DNA from: Thalia democratica
Taxonomy: Eukaryota
Assembly: GCA_965202585.1 (NCBI GenBank)
Contig: OZ241831.1
Coordinates: forward strand, 26,846,001 to 26,910,000
DNA: 64,000 nt
Direction: 5' to 3'
Part shown: positions 49,996 to 62,250 of the stretch, piece by piece
Layout: each line of letters opens with the position of its first letter
Position numbering within the stretch: position 1 is the first letter of the stretch
Notes under the pieces: generated by a model
Databases searched by the model: none
What the model was told of the DNA's origin: nothing
Seen by the model: the letters and a program-made list of their open reading frames with translations, nothing else
Made by a program: the position numbers and the translations under genes

Positions 49996-50030
49996 AATGC
50001 TCTTTTGTAAGACGCAACCTTTTTATAAGT
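49990..50030 (-). promoter_or_regulatory. Candidate bmp2/4 core promoter (TATA + Inr)
   Basis: TATAAAAA (50027-50020) lies 32 nt upstream of the A of a TTAGT initiator-like motif (49995). Confidence 0.5.
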
Positions 50031-53000
50031 AGCCTTACTTGTTGTGAATGAGACGATAAGTTTTGTTTGAGGTTGAAAATAGAAGAAAAGAAAAAGGTAC
50101 GAATGAATACAAAAAAGAAGAAAAGTAAATTCAAACTAGATGACGTTATATTGTATAATATGTTATTTTTATTTTGTAAACACAGTAATATACATAAATT
50201 TATTACTTGAAAATAATGTTTAAAGCTTAGTGGTTAACGAACATTAAAGTTTAATTTTCAAACCGATTTTTTTTATCACATAAGTTCATTAAGTTTGTTT
50301 CCATACACAAACAGCTATTTAAAATATTTTCTGCCGATAAATAAGTTATTGATTAACATTGTTTTTCTCTTCAGTTTAATTAATACCCAACAACTGCGGA
50401 AAATTTTCTGCCTTTTGTTTCAAATAAATGAAGCCAGCAGTGCGTAGCTTTTGTTTAGCCGTAATGTTCTTAAACTCTAACTTGAAAGCTTAGTGCACAT
50501 ATATAGCATTTATAATTACTTGGCATAAATGTGAACTTGTCACTTCAGTGATAACCAAACAAACAACACATACAAGTTTTTTTTTCTTCGACAAACAGTG
50601 AAATCGCGTATGTTTGCCGTTTTTCGTAAATATATGTAAAATAAATAAAATTGACTATTTAGTATCTGATAGAAAAAAAAATTCTTGAAGAAATTGATTT
50701 TATTTAAAAAATATTTTTATAACATTGCTTTTTTTTTTGTACTTAATATTCAATATGTAACTAAGTATTTTCATAAAAAGTCCTCAGAAATGTTGTCTTG
50801 CTAAAACTTCACACAACAATTATTGTTGTAACTTATTTGTTAACGGAATACTTAATTACTGATGAACTATAAATAAACACTAAAAAAATTAATGAAATAT
50901 ATATAGATTATCGTTTCTAAATTGTTTAAGTAGTAAACAAAAAAGAAAACAAGAATTTTAAAGCATATATCGATTTTTCTCTAAAATTGATAGCAGATTT
51001 AATATCGTTGTCAAAATAAAAGATCTTTTTCTCAATATTTTTTTTTATTTTAAATAAAAATTAAAAGTATTGTTTTAATAAGTGTTAAATAATTTTTTCT
51101 TTAAAAACAAAAAAACTTCAGTATTTAAAAAACTTAATATTTATTAGTATTAACACTATTAAAGTTTGGTTAAACGCTTTTCAGCTCTATTTTAAAATAC
51201 GGTGACGAAAAAAGTTCTTGCTTTTAAAAGACTATGTCAAAGCCTTTTTCATTTTTGTAGAAAATAATCTTTTTTATGGAGAAAAAGAGTTTAACTGTAT
51301 CTAAAACTTTGTAAAAATAAATTAAAACTAAAACCGTTAGTTCACTTAATATTGCTGTTATTCACTTTAGCATATACTTTTTTTCAAGGTATCTACAAGT
51401 TTTCGGATAGCATTTATTAGAATTATAATTGCATCCAATACGTTTTTAGGATTAATGGTAATAACAAACTGATTATCACTCAAATATTAAAAAATATTTA
51501 TATTTACATTGTATTATCTAAGAACTATTTATTCTAACTAAGGTATAAAAACGAAAGTATTGTAAATACCAATATCAAAGACATATAAAACACTTTTTTC
51601 CACATTAGATGGCTGTTAGAAATTTAAAAAGGTTTAAAAAACACAATGTTTTTGATTATTAATTTAAATATTTACTTAATTTTATACAATAAAACAATAA
51701 ATTGTTATGTAGAGTTAGTAAGTTTTTAAAATTTGTTTTTTAAGAAAGTTACGATTAAACTAATAGGTACTTTTTTTTACAGATTTAACTAACAAGTTTT
51801 TCTCAACAGTTAATCATTACTAGTTTAAGTATGGTCATTTAGTTTTGATTATTTGCTATAGTACGTGTTCTACTTTTTCATTCAAATAAAGTTTACGTTT
51901 AAAATTGTACAATTAAACTTATAAGTACAAACCTTTTCACAAGAAAGTATATTAGTAAGTGACAATTTTTTTTAATAAATAAAGTGTAAAGTACGTAATT
52001 TGTAATATAACTATATAATAAAACAAATGCTTAAAATTCTAAGTTTTGTTTTTTAAAGAATATGTTTATAGCTTTTTTATTCAACTATTTTTGGTTAAAC
52101 ACAGTTTTGTTTTTTATAGACTATGTTTATAGTTTTATTTATTTAACTTTTTTCGCTTATACAAATCAAGTGAAATTAAATGCTAATTTTAGTTAGGTTG
52201 TTTTATACTAAGAGTATTTAGTTGTAGTATCCTTTTTTTGACTAAATTTTTGTACAGGTTGTAGTTTTAGTGTGCTTTGTATAATCATCAAAAGTGTATA
52301 TAAAAACGTTTCCAATCTTTATCATCTCTTCTACTGTTTCTTTAAAGTAATAGTTTTCAGAAAAATAAAAACACTATACTTTCATTTAGAGAGAAAAATA
52401 TTTAAATAAACAACGTATTTATTAAAAAAACTTTTTTTTTATAGTCGACTTAAACTTTTACTTTTAAACAATAGAAAATGTACAAAATTTTAGGATAATT
52501 TTTTTTTTAAATATATCGATGATAATTCAATTTTTTTTTAACTATGTCTCTTGAACTTTTAGAATTTTACACTCTTTAACAAAACTTCAGTGGGCAATGA
52601 TATAATTTCAGCTTTTATCCGATAAAATAGCTGACTTTTATCAAATTTTAGTAAATTAACTTCTTCTTGGTCAAAGAATATCTAAATTACTAACAAGCTT
52701 AAAATACAAAATAAAGCTCACCGTGAAAATAATAAATAGCAAAAAATGCTAAAATAAGTAAAGTTAAACGCTAAAAGAAAAACGAGTCTAAATAGCTAGA
52801 TAATCTGTGTTTAACAGGATTATAAAAACATATTACATTAGTGAATGGTGGTGAAAATATTTCATTTAAGTAGAAGAACTTTTTTTAAGTTTTTTATATT
52901 TGAAAGTTTTACATCGAACTTAGACTAATTAAAAATATATTAAAACTGTCCTTAGCCTTTTTAAGTTTAAGTAATTTTAAAAGATTTAAGTCAGCCTATA

Positions 53001-54359
53001 TGTATACATATTAAAGAGCCTTATAAAAAGATTGTTAATATATATTTTTTGATGCTGATCTAGTTGGTTTCCTAAAGCTTATTAATGATTATATAAACTG
53101 ACCCAATAGTGAAATTAACAATACCATTTATGTCATTGAATATTGAATTATATTTTTTTTGTTACAATTACTAATTTTATTTTTTAAGATAATAATAGAA
53201 TAGTAAAAATTAGTTTAAATAATTTACTTTAAGCAAAAAACATACAGCCATTATAGGGCAAAAAATAATCATTTTGTTATCAAAATTGTTTCTTAAACTA
53301 AGGTACATAAATCTAATTAAATAAATACCTTTATGATTTTATATAAAGTGATAAGAAAAAGTCCTCCGAGTAAGTAGTAGGAATTTTTTTAAGATGAGGA
53401 TAATAGCTGTTTAAACACTCAAAATAATAATTGTTATTTGAATTTAAGTGCAAATAAAACTTATTTCATGCAGTCTATAGCTTTTAAGTTCAAAAAAGAC
53501 TGTAGTAAAAGTACAAACGGTTTTAGACTTAAGGGTAAAATATATAGTTGTTGTAAATAAACAGGGTATCATTTAAGAATGATTTTATCAAAAATTTGCT
53601 GAAAAAAAATGTTTTATTTTGATAGATTGAACAATCTAGTAAGAAATAAATGTAATTTTAACTATTGAAAACAGATTAGTATTTAACTTAAGTATATATA
53701 AATTTTGAGTTTTGACCATAAACAAAACTATTATTGTAGTTCTACAAAAAAAAAACATAAAAAGATTCAGTTAGTGTTGAGAATTTGTTCTTTTAAAAAA
53801 ATTGAATAGAAAATTCACTCACTAATTAAAGTTGTTTATTACTAGTCTATGAAAAAAAAAAACTATTTTTTCAATAACTTTGTTTCTACCACTTTACATA
53901 CTATAAAAAGCAATTTCGAGTTTATACACTTTTATTATATACATTACTGCATGCATACATAAGTTTAACATATTAGCTTAATTTTGTTTTTTAATTGGAA
54001 AAGTTTAAGTATATAAAATATACCAATAGTGATTTCTTAATAAGTTTTTAGGAATAGAGTTAAAACAAACATACTTTAATTTTTAAAAAGAGGTTTTTCT
54101 TTCTGATTAAAGTAATTATGTTTGTTGACAAAAGTAAAAAATATTATACTATTACTATAACTGTTATATTCTTATTGACTTCGAAGTATATTTTTTATCC
54201 AAATTTTACCTAAAATATGTTGTAATAAGTTAAACATATCTAATTTCAAAAATTCTAAAGAGATTATATGTTTAATTAGAATTTATTGCCTAATAGATTT
54301 CTATAATATAAAATAATCGTTAAAATTTCTTAATCTTTAAGCTTTTATATTCATGTTTA

Positions 54360-54480
54360 AAAAGAGTTTCCGGTTTTCGTCTTTGATAATTAACTCGTTA
54401 AAACTCTGGCCAACAGCTCATCAGATAATTGCCACGTTTTCAGATTTTCTCATAGAAATTGACAACATTAAACGGATACT
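54360..54480. promoter_or_regulatory. Candidate upstream enhancer of bmp2/4
   Basis: CpG-retaining patch with Ets CCGGAA (54368-54373, minus strand), TCF CTTTGAT (54381-54387) and GATA AGATAA (54423-54428). Confidence 0.3.
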
Positions 54481-56066
54481 TAAACTTTGTTTAAAGTTAA
54501 AATTAACAACCTGAAAAAATGTTCATACCTTAATTACTTTGAAAAAACTAAGACTTAGGTTTTATTAATTACTGATTGTTATTAATATCAGCAATTGCAA
54601 TTTAAAATTTTATTTACTCAAAATATCAACATGTTTATTTAAATACTTAAACTATAAAAAATATGTAAAAAACATAAATACTAAATAATTTTATAAATGT
54701 ATTTAAATTAAATTATTTAAAACTGTAAAAATTTGAATAAACAAAGTATTAAATAATCAATTACCATTTTAATTTCAAATTTAAAACTTTGCTCTGATTT
54801 TTTGTTTTAGTTTTCAAAGCAATAAAACTGAAACTTTTATAGTTTTCATTTATAATAATTATATACAACAAAATTATAACTTCCTTACGTAAGTTTTATC
54901 AAATATTTTTATAAATCTTAAAACTAGGCTTCATAGTAACATTAGTTAAAATGCGACAATTAAATAGTTTTGATCAAAGAAAGTTTAATGTAAGCAAACC
55001 TAAGTGCTTTAAAAATATTTTGTGCTTATAAGGAAAACATACAACTTATCTCTTAAGCTGAGTTGACCGTTAAACTTGACAAAAAAATGCTGTATTCAGT
55101 CAACCATTAAGAGCTGATCAAATAACAATTTGTGTTATTATTACAAAAAATTTCAATCATTAATTCTGTTAAAACTATTTGTTATATTAAGTTTAAGGAG
55201 ATATTTCAACTTATTTAGCATATTTTTAAATAACAGTATTTTAAGATAAAATAAACTTTCAGTTATAAATGGCAATACTGTGCAGTACAAATTTTAAAGT
55301 TAGTTTAGGAGAAAAGATAGTTTCTTCAATATTTTTGTTTACAGATTAAATATAGTTCAAGTACTCTGACGTGAATTGCTTAATTCCTTTTGATATATTT
55401 AAAGCAAACCTATGTTAAGAGGCTAATTCTTTTTAAAGTGTTTGTTTAGTTTTTTCATACTTTTAGGTAACGTGGTTTTTAGCTTAAAACTACTTTTATG
55501 ATATCATTAAAAGTTCCTAAAAAAGTATAATTATGATTAAATATTATGTGAATTTACTTAAAAAGCTAATAAACGTTTTTTTTTTAATTTTAGGAAGATT
55601 CTTTAGACAGTTTTTTATCTTTATATACCATAATATCAAAACTTTTGCGTTGTTTTTAGAATATGAGTTTTAAATAATGTTATTGTTTAAATTAAAGTAG
55701 AATTTTTTTTATAAAGCCAATTCTAAAATTTAGTTTAGAAAAAGTGTTTTAATTTAAAACTATATAACTTTTGATGATTAAAAAAAGTTTTGTAATCTAA
55801 ACGTTTTATTTAAAAAATATAGTTTAGTCAAGAGCCTAAAAAAAATCTATAAATTAAAATCTAATTAGATTGTACACATTTATACATTTGTTTACATTGA
55901 CACAATTGTCAATTTTTAAAAACATTTTCAAAATACATTGTTTTCTAATAAAAAAAGTTGATAATAATTAAGTGGTTTTTAATATAATTTCATCGTTTAA
56001 ATATATTTTTAAATGGTTAAAACAAGTTTTCAAGTAGCTGAACTATTTATTAAAGATGCTTTTTTA

Positions 56067-56292
56067 CAGGGGTCGGCAGTTTTATACATGTTGCGGGCGG
56101 GCCAGAGCATTTAAAAAAGCTTCGGCGTTTGAAAGTACTAAAAACCATTGTTTGAAAAAATAAAATAAATACCCTTATATACCAAAAGTATGATAATATA
56201 TTAATGAATATAGTTAAAAAAAAGTATCTTTTTGACTGAAAAATAGATCAACGGCTAAATTTTTACCGCAGGCCGCAGCTTGCCGATTCCTG
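56067..56292. mobile_element. hAT MITE, 226 bp, 8-bp TSD
   Basis: CAGGGGTCGGCAG.. / ..TTGCCGATTCCTG; TSD CTTTTTTA / CTTTATTA (7/8 match). Confidence 0.8.
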
Positions 56293-57439
56293 CTTTATTA
56301 GAAAGAAAGTTTAACTTTTAGTTTTTAAAGTTTGGACACAAAAAAAAAAAGAGAATAAAATAATCAAAGTATTCATATTACTATCTAAAAACTATTGTAT
56401 CGAGTAAACTTGCTGCTTACAGACACATATTCTCGATATATAATGCAAAACATGTGGTTCTATCTGTGGTAGAAAAGAGCATTAGTACATACTTTTTTTT
56501 AAGATAAGTTGTAAAATATTCTGTAAAACCAAGATATTAGTTATACTAACGGCGTCTTTTTCGTATCAGAGGTACTTAACTTTTTACTATTACAAATCGT
56601 GAACAAAGTATCTAAATATTAATAAAAAAACTTACTGCAAAAAGTATTTAAAGTACTTTTAGTCGTTAGTAAAAACAGCATATTTAAAATAAGCTTTAGT
56701 ATTTTTTACAAACCTTAAGGTAAAATTAAATAATTATTAAACAAACTGTGTTTAATAAAAATATTTAGTTTGAACTAGTAAAAATTAATTTCCAAAATTA
56801 GAAACTGCAATACCTTTAAAGATTTTAATTATACTAATTTAGATTTATGTCAACAATGTAAACAAAACTTTATTTAGATAATAAAATAATTTTTAAACCA
56901 ATCAGAATCTTTTTTTTTAATGTACAAAACAAATCGATATAATTATCTCAAAAGTCAAGTCTGGAAAATGGACTTTTCTGTTTACATTATTTTGGTTGTA
57001 TAGTTTGTATATACAATGCTTCCACAAATAGTACCTAGAAAAAGTTTTTACTGCTCTCATATTTAATTTATTTTCTCATTTAAGTAGAAAATAATGATAG
57101 TCGACTAAGTGTAGAACAATTACAGAAAGTAGTCTGACAACCCTGTTTTCTTTTACTAAGAATATAAATAAGTGGAGCATTGGATTTATTTTTTTAAAGT
57201 AACAACTTTTCTTGTAAACAATACATTTAAACTTATTGATGGGATAAACATCTTAGTAGATTTAACTTTTAAGCTAAAGTACAATAACCTACCCAAAAAC
57301 TAACAGTTCATTTTTTAGAGCTATATTATACACTCTTCTATATAATTACCTACTGAAATGAATATTTTCGATGACTGTATTGCTCATTTTTTAAATATTT
57401 TAATGATCTTAAATACTTTTGTAAATGATAACTTTAAGG

Positions 57440-57715
57440 ACGGGTCTAAAACCGGGATTTGGAAATTGCGACCCACCGAGTAGAAAATTTTACTCGGCCT
57501 GTGATATGCTTCCAAAAAAAAAAAAAGTAAATTTCTGCCTATTTTATTTTAACGTCATTACACATTTGCTCAACACATTTTTTACTTTAGTTTAAATTAA
57601 AGTTTACAAAAAATACTGTGGCCCGCGAAAGACTTTTGCTTAATAATGTGGTTCACAAAGAGATTTTTTCTCAAACCTATCCTGTTCCTTGTAAAAGGAT
57701 GCCGAATTTTGGTCT
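57440..57715. mobile_element. Degenerate hAT MITE-like fragment
   Basis: Contains the family motifs GTGGCCCGCGAAAG and ..AAAAGGATGCCGA; ends decayed. Confidence 0.45.
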
Positions 57716-59659
57716 TAAGTTGTCTGATAAACAGTTTTATCTCCTAAAAGATTGTTTTGGTTTTTTTTTTTTAACATAAGAATGAGTATTGAAGAGCTTT
57801 TAAGAAAACTGTTTTACAAAATCTTTAGTAATTTTTGTAATTTTTTAATAACGAATGTACTAATTATTACAAAATGTGTTTTAGTTAGTTGTACTAAAAA
57901 TCTTCTGTTTGTTGCTATATTGATATTTTTTATGATGATATGTATTATAAGTTACATGTAACACCTTAGCAAATGCATAAAGTGCACTGTATAAGTGATA
58001 ATTTCTAGGTAGTAAAAATAAATTTAATTATTTTTGAATTTTACTTGTTTTATGCAGTAGTTGAAAGTGTTGTTATTTTAAAATTTTATATATACATAGC
58101 CTTTAACTACATGCTTGTGTTTAATTCTCTCAGAAGTAGTAGAAATGTGTTGTTAAAATGTTTGGATTTATCTCTGAGTAGTTCAATTTTTTCTATATAA
58201 TTGCTGGATGTTTGAGAATGTTGAATTTAATTCATGACACATACGTTTAGGCCTGAGATCTGTTACATGACACGAAAAATTAATTTTTATATTGTTAACA
58301 TTTTTATACTTTTAAAAGTTTGAAGTATACTGAACAAGTAAAATGATATAAACCTTTTGTTTTGTACTTGCTAAGGTGAAAAAAACCATAGCTAAGTTAA
58401 ATAGATAAAGTTATTGAAGTATTTTTTAGAAGGTTGAAATAATTCAGGAAGCCGAAAGGTTTTGATCTATGTTATATTTAATGTGAAATTTTTGAAAGTA
58501 AGCGTAAAAAGTAAAGTTAAAGATCTAAAAACTTTAGTACCAAACTAATTTTGGCTTTTAAATTATAACTAACTAAGGTAATAAAACATAATAAGTACTA
58601 AAAAATATTTAATTTTTATAAACAATAACAACGATTTAATTAGTGTTTATATATATATATTTTTTAACAACAAATTTTTTTTTATTAAAAAAAATATATC
58701 ATAAAATGGTCACAACTATGTTAATTTAAGCGAACAACTTACAATGTAAAAACTTACAATTAAAGAATATATTAGTTTAGAAATTTTCATTTTATACAAA
58801 CGAAAAACGATTAACTACAACTGCATAAAACATTTAAAGTGATGATGCAAAAAATCAGAAAACTTCAAGTCTGGATCTTATTCATAACATTTTTAGTGTT
58901 TTTTCCAAAGAAGTTGTCGGTGAAATATTTTTTTTAATGTTGGTGTAGTATAAAAGCTCTTTTTTAGAACTTTTGTTTAAAACTTAATTTAGAACTTACA
59001 ATGACCGGTTAGCTACTAGATTATAAAAAGTCTCTTAATACTACAAACTCTCAGAGACTTAGTTAGACCGGCTTTTCTTGACAGGTAGACTTCCCATCAA
59101 TTCAAAAACGTTCACATACTATCAGATTGTTTTAAGAAACAAAAGTATACAACGTATTTCCAATTACTAATTTATATACTTATGTTTTACTGTCGACATT
59201 ATTTTTTAGATTTGTATAAAGTATAATATTTATATTACTTTTAGACTAAAATTATTTAATGATATGAAATTATAAGTTACTTTGTAGCTGTTTGTAAACA
59301 ATACTATAGGTATTAAGGCAGACATTTCAAATTCCGACAATTCTAAGTCTGATTGATTTTTGAAAAAAATTAAATACCTTTTTAACGACCAAAGTCTTTA
59401 TTAGTTCCACCTCCAGGAAAACTTTTTTGTTAATATAAATTTCAATTTCAAATTGATATTTTTATTTGAAATGTATAAGTTTAAAAAACTAATAATTTTA
59501 ATTTTTTAGCTTATATCAACTATTCATTATATAATTATTTTCTGTTTTTTTTTTCACCATATTCTTTATTACAAAGATTCTCAGTATATTGTATTTGCAA
59601 CTATTTTTTTTAACATCAACCCTTGAAATTTTTGAATTTGTGTTGTCATATATGTATTG

Positions 59660-59772
59660 TTTATTGAACAACAAAAAACGCTCAAAAAATTTGGTTCAAG
59701 GATCTGGTGCACAAAAAAACCTTTCGGTTATCGAGTCATACACCAGAACAATTTAACGTCATGTCCAGGACA
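59660..59772 (-). repeat. ~120-nt SINE-like repeat, copy 3 of 3
   Basis: Reverse complement homologous to 5301-5425 and direct copy of 36934-37050. Confidence 0.7.
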
Positions 59773-61159
59773 AAACTATATATTAGTACTTAAATAAATA
59801 AATAAATAAATATAGGTTTTCACACTAGAAACTTAATCTTTTATTAACTATATACTTTGTTTAGCTGTTACATTGAAAATATCAACAATAGTATGTTAAT
59901 TATAAAAGTTTATGAAACTTTAAAAACTTGAAAAAGTGACGTTTTTGCAAAATCAAAACTGATATTATTCTGGTTTTAAAATTATAAGCAAATATCTTGT
60001 TTTTGTTGGTTAGTCGTGAGCTATTAAAAATAAAAAACATAATTTAATTACCTAAAAAAAGTTATAAATACAAATATCTGAGAAAAAACATTTTAAAACT
60101 TTTCCAAAGCAATATCTAAATATGATTTATTGTTAATAACCATATAAAAGTTCAGATATTAGTTTTAACTTCACAATTTTTCTAAAGTAGCGAAATAATT
60201 TTTGATTTTTAAAAATATTATGAAGAATTGAACCAAGTTTTTTTGTAGTTTTAAAACTTAACTTTGAGTTGACTAAAATATTAAAAGAAAAACTAATTAT
60301 TCATTAAAATATTATTTAGATAAATGTTTTAAACTCGAAAAATGTTTGTTATTACTGTTTTGAAAACTTGGTTTTTTTGATCTTTTTTAAGTCATGAAAG
60401 TTAAAAACATAAAAAAACTTGTATCTTTTAAATTATTATACATTACTTTCACAAAACAAACTTCAAAAAATGCCAACTATATGTAACTTTTCTTGTGAAC
60501 ATGATAGATTATTGTTGACTGTCAACTGATGCTTATCATTTTCTTTACGCATTTTCATAGTAAAACAACTTTAGCCTAAAATTACACTTTTAAGCTATTA
60601 GTAGTGTTACATAAATTTTACTTTAATATTTATTTTAAGGTAAAAGGTCACAGATAAAGATCAGCATATTGTTATTTATTAGACCTAGATAAAGTCTATT
60701 GTGCAAACAATTCTTCTATAGGTATACTTTAAAATTTAAAATTTTAATTTTCACTCAGTTTTATTCAAGTTGAAACTTATTTTTAAACTGAAAACTTTTT
60801 TTTCTTGAAAAATACTACTCTGTAACAAACAATAAGCTAGTTTAAAATTTAAAATTATTTAATAAAGTTTCAAATATGCTCTAAAAAAGTTCAAAATTAC
60901 ATGAAAAATCTCTGTATAAAATAAGGTTATTTTGTCTTTTGGACATCTAAAAATTGTTAGTAATAAAAATGTATATTTTGAAAAGTTTGAAGTGTTTTAA
61001 TTTTTTATTAACTAGATTGTTTTATTTTTCATCTAGAATACACATTTTTAAAACCTCAAAAGCAAATATCATTTTTACTGATTGTCTAAATAAAATCTCC
61101 AAATTACCAAATTAAACCAAAAAGTGATAAAAATGCTAAAAGTTATATTTTGATTTACA

Positions 61160-61430
61160 GTATTAATTCTGCGATGACATTTGGCGACACTGTGTCTGAT
61201 TAATTTATGTAAACAATAATTTGGTGCAGTCTCAAATGAAGTTTTAACACGTGGAAGATGGTCGTCTTTGGAAGGTACTAACTGATTTACAACCGGCTAT
61301 GCTTTTCATATCTGTGATTGTGCTTTAAAACTCGAACAAGCAGCTACTACGCTTTTTTACAATGTTTTTCCGACATACGGCGGCTGCTTATGCTAACAAA
61401 CGACTACGAATTTAGTTCAAGGTTTGTATT
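61160..61430. promoter_or_regulatory. Candidate distal cis-regulatory island
   Basis: GC/CpG-raised unique sequence with Fox TGTAAACA (61208) and E-box CACGTG (61248). Confidence 0.3.
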
Positions 61431-62059
61431 CATTTTCAAAGCACGTATGTAAATAGACTAAATTGCTTATTTTAGCAATAATTTTTACGATTTGATTGTT
61501 AAATTCATTAGATATTTTTACTAGAAAGTTATATCAGTCTGGTTTTTGATTAGTCTTAAAACGTTTTTGTTCTCTATAAATCTAACGAAAACGTTTTTTT
61601 CTGATTCTCTGTTTGATTAATCCTTTTATTTTAGTCTTTTCTTATACTGACTAAAAAAATAAATTACAGTTTCAAAAGTACCAAAATAAATCGTACTTAT
61701 CAGTACATTTGATATTTCTATAATTCAAAGTTATGCTCAACTTATATTTGTTTAGTATGTAATTAAGGTCGCCCTAAGTAAACATCAGTCCCTAACAATA
61801 TTTATAGTTAAACATTTATTGATTTCAACTTATACCTCTGCTAATTTTTTATTAAGATATCATTATAACTTCGATTTTCGTGATATTTACTTTCTATAAT
61901 TCAAAGAGCTTGTAAATATTATTCAAGTATATAAAATATTAATTGGATTACAACTATTTCAAAAATAATGAACAAAAAACAGACAGATGATTTAAATGTA
62001 AAGGCATTTTCGTTTAAAGACTTTAAAAGTTACATGTAATCATAATGATCAATTTAAAA

Positions 62060-62250
62060 CTAGAGCCGGATGGAATACAAATGTTAAACTTATAATCCTT
62101 CGCCTTAAAGGCCAATGCGGACTGAGACGGATGGCAAATGCTTTTGTGAAAAGCACAGGTGCATTGTGGAGATGGTGTTTGCACAGCAATTACAAATAAG
62201 ATAATTTGTCTTTAGCTTCAAATAGCCTGATCACTGTAATTAAGTTGAAA
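62060..62250. promoter_or_regulatory. Candidate distal cis-regulatory island
   Basis: GC-raised unique sequence with paired Ets-like CGGATGG sites (62067, 62128) and E-box CAGGTG (62156). Confidence 0.3.

Noticed and set aside
54370-54425. CTGATGAG..CGAAA on the minus strand
   Set aside because: No stem II pairing between the two core halves.
4903-57961. Remaining 60-100 aa AT-rich ORFs in the track (e.g. 4903, 11731, 16739, 18495, 19907, 30839, 38458, 41420, 48699, 57752)
   Set aside because: Phe/Leu/Ile/Lys-biased translations expected from ~75% AT DNA; no domains, and many use non-ATG starts.
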